DNA of 59,866 bases, the filler included, from Bipalium vagum (lineage: Eukaryota), in assembly GCA_037834085.1 (NCBI GenBank). It is 3 parts of 3 records of this genome, joined end to end, with 100 filler letters (N's around TTAATTAATTAA, not from the genome) between each part and the next. Parts side by side here need not be neighbours in the genome. Positions count along the whole stretch, not along the records: positions 1 to 27,883 come from JBBMKC010074075.1; positions 27,984 to 43,598 come from JBBMKC010156041.1; 1 more part is not named here. One strand, 5' to 3'. The notes beneath the pieces were generated by a model, which worked only from the letters and a program-made list of their open reading frames with translations, was not told the origin of the DNA and made no database searches. Position 1 is the stretch's first letter. Each line of letters begins with the position of its first letter. The position numbers and the translations under genes were made by a program. Shown piece after piece: positions 25,882-38,800 of the stretch.

Positions 25882-27882
25882 CTAATATTAAAATAGAATC
25901 ATGGAAAATAGTATTAGTTGAACATTTATTAAAAGAACCCAATTCACTGCCTATTATCAAGAAATTTTTCTACATGGAATCAAGAAAAGTTTTTCACAAT
26001 GTATTAGGTTGTAAATAAAGCTTATGGACAGACCACAAAACTATTGATATTACATTTTGATACAAAGATTTCGAATTTCTGAATATTAAATGTCTGTAAA
26101 TCTAATTTTTATCGATTCAAGAATAAATTATCTTTCCATTTTAGAACGATTCATGTACAAATATATAATGGTCAAAGTATTACCATGAAGAAAAAAAACC
26201 TTACATTAGTTAAGCGAGGTGCTCTACAGATTATTTTACAGGTCTTTCAACCATAATCCAAAATGTCTTAATTTCTCCCCTTCATTTATACACATTTTTT
26301 CAAATTGTTCAAAAAACCAATTTTCACAGTTACTGAAAATATTTATTATCCATATTTTTTTCCTATCTGAAATTTTCAATAAATTCTGTGTTTTAATTAA
26401 ATATTAATTTGTCACACGTCTGCAAAACCGAAAAATTCCCATTTCAAACAGATTATGTTGTACGAACTATGAAAATGTGATTTTATTAATAATAATAAAA
26501 TTACCGCTAATTAAAATTATTAAACTTAGATTTCATTTCATTGATCGACTTCAAAAATAATTATTTTATGACCAGTCATTTTATTACTGTTTAACTTTTC
26601 CCCAATATTTATAATATCAATTAATAATAATTATCTGATCCATGTGATTGAATCACTAACTAAACCTAAGTGATTTTAAAAAATGTTAATTATTTTAAAA
26701 AATCATAAAAATATCCAAAGAAGTAAAAACACTTCACAATGTATAATGGTGTAAAAATCTTTAAAATGCCGCCTTCCAAATAATATATAAAATTCTGTTG
26801 AACAATTAAATGGACAATGATGAAAACGTATCAAATTTTTGTATGCATGATTTAGTATTCAGATAATTAACCTTTGATAATGTCATATGTGAACTTATCA
26901 TACAATGGTCATTGTTTGTTATCAATTAATATAAAAATATCGATTTTCAATTGACATTGATGAAAATATTATCGCTATAGCGATAAAAAAATCAATTTTA
27001 GAATTTACTTGTTACTAAAATTTTTATTGAAATTGTGTTCCAGAATATTTTACAATTTTCTTGAAATAGGTAAAAATAGCTTTTCGTTTTTACTATATCC
27101 TTTAGCCTATTTTTTAAAACGATTCAATTACTTTATTATTTAATTATATCCAGATAATTGATAATTTTAAAATAACTATAAAATTTCATATAGTTAGCAA
27201 TCTTTAAGTACTGGTAGATCAATAATTTACTGATCAATTAATTATAAATTAAATATTTTAAATATCATTTTTCAAAGAAATTAAGATTTATTGACTTATT
27301 TTTAATTTATGATTACAAAAGAAATGGTGATATAAACTTTAAAAGATTTTCACCGTTTTTCAAAGGAAATATATTTAAAACATCAAAATGAGATAAAAAT
27401 TTGTTATATGATAAAAAAAAATTAATGGATTTGTGCTTAAAAATATGAAATGAAAATAAAATCTGATTTTAAATTTCTGTGAAATCAGCATTTAAAACGA
27501 AAATTGAATTTATTTATAATAAACATAGTTTAAGTTTATTTCTGTGAAATGATTTCAAATGATTAATTATATTTAATCGTATTAAAAAAATGTGAAGTCA
27601 TTTAATAAAAATTATTAAAATACCACAGATTGATTGAAAAAAATGAATGTTCTGTTAATTGATTTCTTAAACTTCAATTCACAATATATCAATTATTATG
27701 AGAATTTGAAACAGGTTTTTTTATTCTATTATTTTTGTAGCTAAGATACTCAATTTTGATAGATTTTTTTATTATTTGGATCAAACAAAACTGTCCACTG
27801 GAAAATCGTAAAATTGATATTATATCTTGAACAAAAGAATTCTCGAGATATATCAACACATAATTATAACCTTGAACTTTAA

Positions 27883-27983
27883 TNNNNNNNNNNNNNNNNN
27901 NNNNNNNNNNNNNNNNNNNNNNNNNNNTTAATTAATTAANNNNNNNNNNNNNNNNNNNNNNNNNNNNNNNNNNNNNNNNNNNN
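27883..27983. other. Assembly gap with artificial TTAATTAATTAA linker
   Basis: N-run, then TTAATTAATTAA (stops in all six frames), then N-run. The same structure occurs at 43599-43698. Confidence 0.95.
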
Positions 27984-28789
27984 AAGTTAATATACTTATA
28001 ATATTTCTATGTAAAGAAAATTTGTAAAAAACGCGAGTTATTATGACTCACCCTAATATTTAATTTTTGGATAACCAAACTTCTGTAATTTGAGTTATTT
28101 CTTATCTGAAGTACGGTTTAATAATTGCATATCTACTAGGTGTATGCATAAGTTTTAGTCCTTAAAGAGCATTGTTTAAATAATCAAAAAAAGATAATTG
28201 TAAAATTAAGAAAATAAATTATTCTGGAGATTTTGTTTTAAATATTAAATCCTTAATTTTAATTTTAAAATGTTCAAACTTAGTGCACACTTATTGAAAA
28301 TAAAAAAATAAAAATTCAATCTCCAATAATATTAAAAATTAATTTTTATTTAAACTAAATAAAATTTTTCTATATATAGAACAATTAAATGTCACTTTTA
28401 CTAAATTTGAAGACAATAAAATCCTATTAATTTTCAATAATATTGTTCTGAAGAAAATAATTGATTATGTTAATCAATAGAATAATTAAATCTCTTAGAG
28501 TTATTTCGTTAAGCGATCTTATTTCCCTTATATTATGTTTTAATTAACAGATATTAAAATATTTTAATTCTAAGAAGTCGAACTAATCTAAAGAGTTTTG
28601 TTTCATACGTGTTTTTAAAGCAAAAAATAAGATTTAAACCATTAATCATTACAAGCTTAATAAAGATATCGAGATAAACCCGGAACATTTTCAAAGTTAT
28701 TTAAAAAAAATTGACTATTCACCATAATTATTTCTGTTTAAGTAAGATAATTTATCAATAAAAAAAAATCAAATATGAATTATTTTATA

Positions 28790-29790
28790 TTATTCAGGGT
28801 TCAGAAAAAGATCGAAGAATAGCAGTGTTTGAGTCCAAGTCCGGAAGAAATAATTGAATGGTTTGGCTACAACAAGACCCAGGTTTATGAGTTGGCAAAA
28901 ATGTATACCAAATCTAATGATACAAATATATATATATATGCCAAAAGAAAATGTCAAAATAAACGATCTAACCGCAAACGAAGTGAAAAATTCTTGATTA
29001 ATTTGAAAATTAAAATGATAGATCTGGTAAAGGAAATATGATTTGCCAGTTCAACTGTCATTGTAGTAGGAAATGTCTTATGTTACAAATATTATTTGAT
29101 TTGAAGGCGAAATCTGTCGACAGAAAGAGATAAATTCAACAAAATGAAAGCATCAACCATGGTGAATGATTAAAAGCGCAAAAGCTTCATATTATTCTCG
29201 AACAAAAAGATTTTCATTAAGAATAAAAAAGTTAACACCCAAAATAACCAGTGAATTTGCGAAGATGTTTCTGAAGTTCCAATTTCCATGGATTATAAGT
29301 TTACAGCTTCACTCATGGTGTCAGATTTGGTAAGCAGTAATCGCCTGATAAATCAACCTCATTTTTTCCAAAAATGTCTCAAAGTGGATGCTGATACTTA
29401 TAACAGGGGGTTAGAAGTGGTTGAAAAAACCCTAGATGTACGAAATAACCAGTGTGAGAAAGTATATCTTCGCACAATATTCGGCTTCTGCTCAGAAACC
29501 TAGAAGAAAATAAAGGCTTTACGGAAATCGGATCTGCCATTGGTCATCTGATTTATGGCCACCCTCCTTGACTGCAATCCTTTCGATTGTTACATATGAA
29601 GCGGAGTTGAGTTACAAGTTAACTCAAAACATAACACAATCTAGCCTTTACAGAATGCCATCATAGAGGTAATAACTAAATTGGACAGGTGAGAGGCTAA
29701 ATAATCATGCATCGCATTCCGATCCCGGCTCGACGCTGTTGTGACCGCCAATGGTGATCGCGTTGAAAAATTCTAAAATTTACACTTTCA
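28790..29790 (+). mobile_element. Decayed maT/DD37D-like Tc1/mariner transposon
   Basis: HTH-like SPEEIIEWFGYNKTQVY, then LKVDADTY..LEVV, WP..LDCNPFDCYI*SGVE, and a C-terminal ACIAFRSRLDAVVTANGDRVE. Confidence 0.75.
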
Positions 29791-29932
29791 TTAAGTTAAG
29801 CTAATTTTTATTTTAATAAAGTTATTAGTTTTGTTTTTTTACGTCCTTTTATTAAGATTATTAATTTTCCAGATATATCTTGACGACCCCATATATTTTA
29901 AAATAACAATTTTTTTGAAAATTATGGTCTTA

Positions 29933-32900
29933 CCAATTTCCTTAGACAATTTGACAGGAATCTTTGTGGTCATGGAAGCTAGTTGTTCTAATAATGCTGG
30001 GCTAATCGTTAAGTCATCACAACCACATAGATCAATAATTTGAGAAACATTGCGAAAAGAAGCCCCCATAATCTATGATAATGAAAAAAAGATTTTGAGA
30101 AGGGTTATTCACACATTATACTTCGGTTTTAAATCCATGTTTTTTGTAAAAGTTATAGATTTTTTTCACAGAAATCACTCCAGGGTCTTCATCTTCACGA
30201 AACACCTTTTGCCCAAACTTAGAAATATACCAATCATAGATTCTACCCACAAAAGGCGATATCAATGTGACGCCCGCTTCAGCGCATGCTACGGCCTTGA
30301 AGAATTATTAAGTAATTAATTTCAAAAACTCAAAATTACTTGAGCAAAAGCAAATAAAAGTGTTAAATTACAATGTATATTGTGTTTTTTTTCTAACTCT
30401 GATGCTGCTTGTATTCCTTCCCATGTCGAGCTAAGTTTGATCAAAATTCGATCTTTAGATACTCCACTTTCCTCGTATAATTTTATCAGGTCAAGAGCTT
30501 TCAAAACTTGAGCATTTTTATCGAAAGAAAGTCTGTGATAGAAATAAATTTTAAATTATCAAAATATTAATTATTAATAGTTTTAAAATGAACATTATCA
30601 ATTGGTACATCTAAGACAAAGCGCAAAGGGAACGTCAATCAAGATTTATATATTTATTAATAACATTTTCAAGTTAAATATTATCAATCAAACCTGGCAT
30701 CGACTTCAGTTGAAACTCGGCCTGGAATAATTTTCAAAATTTCAATACCAAAATTAACAACCAATTTATTCATAGCTTCATTAAGTTGTTCTTCAATATT
30801 ACTAGAAAACAGATAAAATATTTCAAATGGTAAAAAACATTTTAAAATTAATTTAGAAAATCTTTATTTTTTATCCATGGCAAATAATAATTACTCAATT
30901 CAACTCATTTTTAACATTTAAACATAATTATGAATTATATTCATTCTACTGGACCAATAATTTTATTTCTGAATATATTTTTGTCCTCAATGCTGCCATC
31001 ATAATTACGAAACCTTTGACATCATTTTTTCGCATGTTCGTTATACTGCATCATATCTAACAGTCTTACATATATTTCGCCTAGCTTCACGAGCAGAATG
31101 ATCCAAACGTTCGTAAATCTGCAATTTTGTGATATTCATTCTAAAATTGATAAAAATATGTACAAAAAATCAAAGGTTTTTCATTCACACACAGTATAAA
31201 TGGGCTTTTCATAGATGTCTAAATCGATAAGGGAATAAAAGAAATAGATTTTTTAATGGATTTAATAATTATTACGCGAAAATAAGGCCGCGAATTTAGT
31301 TTACAACATAATACTTTACATATTACTCTAAAGTTTTCTATTCCCCTAAGAACTTCTCGATGCGTACCTGATTCCAATTAGATTCATTTGCTTATCATTT
31401 GTTTTGAGCCTTTTCTTCTTATCAATAAGAACCCCTCCAAGAATTGAAAGAGTCACTAACAAAGACGCAAGTTTAGTCCTACCAGACAATAAAAGAATGT
31501 TTATATTAGACACTGATGCCAGTTTTGAAGCGATTGGAGCAGACGATAATGGAAAAGAGAGAGTGATCGCGTACAGATCACATGCAATTAAGAGTCATGA
31601 AAAAGAATACTGCATCACAAGAAAGGAACTATTAGCAATCTATTTTTTTAAACCATTTTAAGCATTACTTGTATGGCAAAAGATTTCAATTGAGAACAGA
31701 TCACAAAGCAATAGAATTCATGTTTTAGACGAAAAAGCCAACAGCACCACAATTTCAGTTTTTCTCGATAACACGCAGACATGTTATCGAGAAAAACCTG
31801 CGATAAATTCTCTCAGTGTATATTGATTTATGAAAAGCCAAAGACAGAAAATGAATGTTGTTGCTTGTAATATAATTATTCCGACATGACAAACATTAAT
31901 CTACAAAACATGTCTCAAGAAGATGCTACTTTGATAAAATGCCATCACGATTTATTTTCGAAGTAGTTCTTGATAATGTCGCTATTAATATGGACTATAC
32001 ACTTTACAATGGAAGAAAATATTTAAATATCAAGAATAATAAAGGATGTCACGATCTCTTTTCATTTAAGTCTGTATTTTTAATGAATAAAGTATTTTCA
32101 ATACCATTTTGATAAAAATTTAGAAAACTTAGTCCATTCCAATAAAGAATTATTTTAAATTACAGGTTTATGCAGAAATATATAGAAAAATATTCAGAAA
32201 TATTTAGAAAAATATTCAGAAATATATAGGAAAAAAATTCGATTTTTTCTATTTAAATTTGATCACATTTTAGTCAACCAAAAATATCAGTTGCACGGTT
32301 GCTATTAAAATGTCAGGTTTTGTCATCTGTTTTTTATTAAATCAAATTTACAGGCATCTTATGCTTCGAAATCAAAGACGGATCTTTCAATAGACTTTAT
32401 TATTGACAAGCTATGCAATCATTTCGATCGAAATCCTGGGTATGTATTGGTGATGGACAATTGAAGGTTCCATCAACGCAAAGATGTTATTTCTGCCACC
32501 ATACTCGCCTCAGCTACAATTCGCACATACTGTATCATTCTTTATAAGAACCATTATAAATCGGGACGATTGATTATTCAAGTAATGCATAACGATATAG
32601 ATTTAAGTGATTATTTTCGCACATGAGGCGGTTTATAGAAAAACCTTAGCGAGACAAGAATTTATTTAATGTACATTTCCACTATATATTTCTGAATAAT
32701 TTTCTATATATTATGAATAATTTTCTATATATTTCTGCATAACCCTGTAACATTATGATTTAGGAAATTTTTATTTTCTCTGTTGTTTTATTACTTTCAG
32801 AAATATCATTTCAAAGGAGTTGGAAAGACGATTAATCTTATTTAATTGTTTTATACTCATTGTTATCTATTGTTATATGTCTAATAATCATTTAAAGTAA

Positions 32901-34108
32901 CAGGGTTTTAAGAAACATTAAAATAGACATAAGTGTCGGATCTTGTTTGGTTATGTGATAGATAAACTTATGATTAATTCAGAATACATAAAGGTTTTAA
33001 AAAACCGATTCAATATTTTCTATACAAGGTCTTATACACTTTAGACCCTGAAATATTTACATAGTAATTGTAAGTATTGTATAAATACATCTATAAATTT
33101 ATGATAAGAACAAAATCAACAATAATAAAATTTTAAATATATTCAGAAATAAAGTCACAAATGTCAAGATCTTTTTGGATCAATATTACGAATTGCAAAA
33201 AATAATTGATAAAATTTATTTAGTATTTCTCATTAAGTAGAAATAAAATTTTCAATCATATCTTAATAAATTGATCAAAAATTCAGAAATCATGAAAGAA
33301 AAGGAATTTAAAATTAAATTTTATTAAAAAATATTAAATTAAATGTGATTTGTGCTCTATTCAAACATAAAATTTCTACTGGTTTTTTATATTTCGCCTC
33401 CTAAAAGTTTGTTTGATAATTACAAAATCATATTTCATATAGATATGATTCACCATTAACTCCATTTTATGATAGCCTTTTTGAAGTACATTTAATCAGT
33501 TAAATAAGTCGTTTAAATTAAATATTTTAACATTCTTCAATGATTAATGATTTCAAAAATACAAGGCTACATGATTTCATTTCTTATCAAATGACTGAAA
33601 ATACTAAATGTTTTAAAAACAAAAATTTTAAAAGGATTATACAATGGTTAATGAATCTTGTTATGGCATACATTTATAAAAATAATCTAAATTATTAATA
33701 ATTTATATTGAATAATGAAAATCGTGCGACTGCAATCAAAATATTGCAGCATGATTATTGTAACCAATATATTAAAAACCAGTAAACGATTAACACATCT
33801 TTTAATAAGACACTAAACTAAAATTTATCAGTTTATTCAAATTTCAAAATATTGAATTAAAAAAAGCATACCTCGACTTGGATTTAGCATAACTAATTGC
33901 ATCGTTTATTAAATATTCGTATTCAGAAAGTTTTGAAGCCGCTAAAATTAATGATGGATTTGTAGTGGCATCCACTGGTTGATATTTTTTAATAGCTTCA
34001 AAATAAAGGTTCAATAAAGATTAAATCATAACTAAAATTACAGTTAAAGTCGCCTGTATCAGCAACAATTTTTGTGTGTTGCTTTAATTGATCCAAAGTT
34101 GAAACCAT
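29933..34108 (-). CDS. TALDO1: Transaldolase. Six exons seen (34042-34108, 33872-33995, ~30694-30801, ~30340-30532, ~30121-30294, ~29933-30071); final exon(s) not found
   Basis: [54 protein letters not shown] (catalytic Lys), [23 protein letters not shown] and GCDDLTISP. Confidence 0.95.
31430..31790 (+). mobile_element. Ty3/gypsy pol fragment (RNase H) in a transaldolase intron
   Basis: [49 protein letters not shown]. Confidence 0.9.
32163..32747 (+). mobile_element. Internally deleted IS630/Tc1-like DNA transposon with long subrepeated TIRs and TA target duplication
   Basis: Ends are TA|CAGGTTTATGCAGAAATATATAGAAAA and TTTTCTATATATTTCTGCATAACCCTG|TA. Internal remnants are LVMDN*RFH and FLPPYSPQL. 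Confidence 0.85.
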
Positions 34109-35197
34109 TATTTAAAAATATTAAAATTTGAAGATCAGTCGTAAACACAACAATTTATGTTCGACACATAACTATGGTTACCAGACGCTAAGCTAAAAAT
34201 GTAAACCTGAAAGAAAATTTGATAGAAAGTGGTAATATATAGTTTTTTATGAATATATGAAATCGAAATTGTTTTCATTATTAATTATTTATGTGAAATA
34301 TTATTTTTTAAAAAATTATAAAGGATAAGCTGTAAAATTTTTTAATCAAATTCTGTTAATATACGAATTTGGTTTTTAAAAGTTTATTCATATATTGTAC
34401 AATACAGAATATTTTACACTTCATATTTGACTTTATGTAACTTCGTCTTATAGTATTGAAAATAAAATATTTAAATAATTAATGAATGAGGCTGAGAAAT
34501 GTGTTACTATTATACCTTATGAAAGTAACTTTGGTTCGTCAATCAGTAACTCCTCACTTAACAATGTTTTGCTCGTAATTCTATTTTCTCTGCACAAAGT
34601 TAAACTTAACTTGAATCAAAACTCCACGTTTAAAACCTTATCTGCTCTCTAAGTAAATCAAAACTCCCACAATAATACGTTATCTGCATACAAAATTGAT
34701 TCAAAACGATCAGAATAAAACTCTATTATAAAGCTAACAGCAGTCTGACGCAACAACAAAATTGGCTTAGAGACTGCTTTTTTCCTTAATAGCCATTAAT
34801 CAAACCATATCTCCACGCCGAGATAGAGTCTGTAAAAAACTAGTTTAAACTTGCAGTCCACACGAAAATGACTGTCAGAAAATCCATTAGCCTAATACAT
34901 CAAAATCCAGACGGCGAGATTTTGATATATGGCTTTTTGGAATAAAAACTTTTTTCAATTATTATTATTATTAATTCCCACTATTAATATTATTATTATT
35001 AATTATTATTGGTATTATAATTATAGTCGGGTGTCGCTTCTTGGGTTTAATTTTGGATTGCCCCCTTCCTTCTTTCTCTTCTTATCGTTGACTAAGAGCA
35101 ATTCTTGTCCTGTCTTACTAGGTCTTACCACTATTTTTTTCCAATCCCAACCACATTATTGGCTCAGGACGGATTTCTGCTAATGAATTCTTCAATC

Positions 35198-37000
35198 TCA
35201 TCTTGGTCTTTCGGTTCCTGACGAACTGACCTCCCTTGTTTCATCCCTGCTCTCCCTTCTCGTCTCTTCTGCTATTTCTTCTTCATCGGGTAAGTCTCTG
35301 ATCAGATCTACACTCTCTGATAATATTATTACGTCTTCATCATCCTCTATTTGGTATTCCCAAGTTGGAGTTTGAGTCCTAACTTTTCTTCCCTTCATTT
35401 GATTGTTAGCTGGGCTTTAAATATTATTTTTCTTTGTAAAGTCCGTTGCCATAACCTTCATCTCTTCTTCCTTCTTCTACTTATTCTGTCGTCTTCTTTT
35501 GTGTTCTTCTCTTGGAATCATTAGTTCAAAATCATTGTCGCTGTAGTCCATATCGACATTCGGGGACTTGTATATTTCCCTATACCTCTTGAATTGGCTT
35601 GTCAGTTTCTTCGATTCCTCATCCTCGGATTCTTCACTTTCTACTTTTGTGTCATTTAACCAATCCTCCTGGATTTCTATCTCCTCCTGAATTTTCTTAA
35701 ATATTGTTTTTGGTACTACCTTACTTGTGGTTGTTTTCTCCTCAGGTCCCAACCTCATTTTCGTCACTTTACTAATCACTGTCTCAGGTGGATAATTATT
35801 CTGTTTCTGGACCTCCTTTCCTATGTCTAATAATTCTGTTGTCAGATTATCTATGCATCTGTCTGCAACCACTATGCATACATTCAGTATAAATTGTATG
35901 TCCCGCTATAGTGCAAAGCACCCTCTCTTATCTACCATCTCCAGATTCGCGTAATACTTGATCAGTATATATAATGACACTGTTCAATCTATTTTAGGAC
36001 CTGAGTACATCCGTCTTGACTAAAGGTAGTATCGCTAGGTTCAATAGCCTCTGATCCATCTGCGGTCTATTCTGATCGTCTCCAATGCCTTCTTAACGTC
36101 GTGTCCTACCACTATTTTCCCTTCCAATATGTTCGACAATCTCTTATTTGCTTCTTAATCGTCTTCCTGTCCTTCTGCCATCTCAAATGTTATTCCGTGA
36201 TCGCATCACCGATAGTCAATCACCTCGCGGGGTTATTGGGTACCTGTAGGCAAAGTTTCCACTCGTATCTGTAACGGTAGCCCCAAATGGAAACATCTTA
36301 GTAAGAATCTGTGTTGCTCCATATTTCACGTCCAATAGCACTATCTGGCTCATATATGAATTTCTGAGTCACTTCTTGTCGATATACGGTAGTCTCTTCG
36401 ACTATTTTTCCTCAGGGATTAGATCCCATTTCGAGTCTGCTTTCTTTGAGGGTTTCCACGCTTCTTCTGTTCGGCTAAAGACCTGGATTATCATAGGCCG
36501 GGTTTGCAACAAACAGCATTCAATGCCTTCTTCTTCGTTAATCTCCATCGACTTCTGCATCTCTGATAGGAATTCTCCGACTCTTACTTCTTTCCTTTTA
36601 TTCTCTAAGATGAGTATCCTACCTGTGCTCACAAATTCGATAATTTGCCCCCAATGACTGAGATAAACTAGATCGACGGCTATAATGTTCCTCTTTAAAC
36701 AGATCATTTGGCGGTCATCAAATTTTCTTCCTTTTAACTTATTATGGTTAGATGCTACTTCTGTGAACCACTTCATAATTACAGTGTATCGCTTGAACCA
36801 AGCTTTCATCATCTTGATCTCCATCATTCCTTTTAGAACTGTTTTCTTCTTTAATGTGAGGGGTTTAATCTTATCAACTAAATCAAATATTTGGTTAATT
36901 ATCGCTTCTTCTTGGAGAATAAAGAATGGATGAGGAACTGTGTCGGGCCTCGTGCCGGAATGAATTTTCTCGATTATTGAATTGGTCTGGTTATATCAAA
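35198..37000 (-). pseudogene. Accessory ORF with a REX4/ISG20-like DEDDh 3'-5' exonuclease domain (~36350-35880) and an acidic/basic tail
   Basis: Stitched frames read QIVLLDVKYG..TVTDTSGNFAYRYPITP / EVIDYR*CDHGIT..LSNILEGKIVVGHDVKKAL..VSLYILIKYY..FAL*RD. This is collinear with REX4-family IVALDCEM, V.DYRT..SGI, L.GKILVGH.L..D, SLK.L and H.S.ED. Confidence 0.65.
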
Positions 37001-37225
37001 AGTCTGAATGATCAACAATTAACTTGGGTTGCGTTAAATATAGGTCAAAAAACGACTTACACAACAGAATTTTTCACGTCACACACACGAAACAAAACAG
37101 AAGAAAAACAAAAGAGAAAATACGAAAAAGTAAAAAAACAAAAATAAATAAATAAATAAAATAAAAAATATAAAACAAACAATCACACATAAATAATTAC
37201 ATACTCAATCATACGTGATACATAA

Positions 37226-38512
37226 TTATACATAACACTCTTCCACTCTTTTGAAACTTGAAGTTTGGTTGACCAGCCCTATTTTCAGACACGGTTCCAA
37301 AATCCATCCGTCTCCGTTATTTGTTAAAGGTTGTATTTTTGTTGGCAGCTCCAAACTCAATAGCTTCTTCAGCTTTCTTTTTGTAACTGTTATTCGCTCT
37401 CTTCTCAACGCTTCCTCGTGTGGCAACACAATGCTCCTGCTGCCATGATGATCAATGCTGCTCCGCAGGCCCCTATGGCCATAACTCAATTGTTCATTTT
37501 CTTAACTGCTTCCCCTTCCAACTTCCATTTTCGCCATATAGCCGGTAACTCGTTTGTTCACTCTTTGGTTCTCCTCAACTGAACGTTTACCACGGCACAC
37601 TTATAACTATAAATGACTTCTCCCATCATTCTTTCAAAAACTACTTGGTCTGGTAACAACATGGGCGCTTCTGTGTTGCACTTCAATATCCGCTTCCTTT
37701 TCATGAATCGAATACCTTCATTTTTATCTTTGCTTACCAATACGTTGGTTGTTTTCTTTTTTTCCACATATTCCGCTATGGGTAACGTCTTCCCCACTCT
37801 TCTTGACCTGCTCATACTCTCTTTCTCTTTTTCGCCTTCCAACTGTACAAATACTATCTTCTTTAAGAAGATAATATCACAATCAGTAATTGGCACTCTA
37901 GAAACCAATAAAGATTCTCCTGAATTGCATCAAATTACAGAACGGATGCGAAAGCATCTTTCCAGTGGTTACATCAAATAATCCTTTGAACTCTCGTAAC
38001 TGCACCATATTATCTGAATAAATAACCACCCAGGCTACTTTTACACATTTTCTATATTTATCTCTGCCGGTACATCCGGCATCCGGTTCTATGCTTCCTC
38101 CTTCGGTGATGACTTGTCCAGTTCTTATATCGACTTTTGCATCAATTACCAACCTTGCTACAATCTGTAAATTCCCTGTTACAAAGGCTGATTCGCAGTT
38201 TTCAGAATTCACAATCAATGGAACTGGTATTAAAGTCGCTTCCAATAAAGTCGTTTTACTGTAGACTCCGCAAAAATACTCTAACGTTGCCTTCTTTAAG
38301 ATACATTCCTTCACGTTTGCCCTTCTAAATTCCGTCTCCTGATAAATATGATATTCTACATCTCCGCTCTACATCGCTTCTTGGAATTCTTCCAAATCTA
38401 TCAATGGATATATTTTCCATATTTTAGGGTTCGTACAATCGTATGCTACCAATGAATTCGATCTGTTCTTCATATTCAAAAACATCATGACTATTATTAA
38501 CATCATAGGCAT
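37226..38512 (-). pseudogene. Chuvirus (Jingchuvirales)-type glycoprotein, env-like; disrupted and internally deleted
   Basis: Signal peptide MPMMLIIVMMFL, then LVAYDC (~38440), IYQETEFRRANVKECILKKATLEYFCGVYS, C..AF.TG.L, GGSIEPDAGCTG, GEVIYSYKCAVVNVQLRRTKE*TNELP and a TM segment VMAIGACGAALIIMAAGALCCHTRKR (~37485-37408). Confidence 0.75.
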
Positions 38513-38559
38513 CCACGAATCATTTGTTGATCTCAGTTGGATAAATTAGTTGAATCTCT

Positions 38560-38800
38560 TCGACAAAATAGAAGACGAATGTTAGGAAGCTTTGAAAATT
38601 TCCACTTTTTGCAAGATACTGCAGGTCTGTATGTTAGTATAGTAATGGAAATACTCAATAAAAGCTTTTTGTTAATAATTTTCATAGTCGAAATATGTAA
38701 CTTTAACTTGAACTTCATCAGCTCCTCATTTCTTTAATGTCGTATTCGCTTTACTTAAACTTCTACAAAAATCCAAACTCTCTTGAATCAAAATAACCAT
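38560..38800 (-). pseudogene. Possible gag N-terminal stub
   Basis: MVILIQESLDFCRSLSK..FDYENY*QKAFIEYFHYYTNIQTCSILQKVEIFKA loosely resembles the start of a Ty3/gypsy capsid domain and is the first ORF after the leader. Confidence 0.35.

Noticed and set aside
27883-27983. Palindromic TTAATTAATTAA motif, also at ~43643
   Set aside because: It is embedded in N-runs and is an assembly linker, not biology. Adjacency across these gaps is therefore uncertain.
34500-34930. Candidate 3' LTR of the env-bearing element
   Set aside because: It has LTR-like composition but no visible identity to 39130-39790, so a paired LTR cannot be claimed.
36376-38737. Plus-strand ORFs 36376, 36685, 37251, 37613, 38137 and 38537
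   Set aside because: These are antisense shadows of the minus-strand element ORFs with no recognisable motifs.
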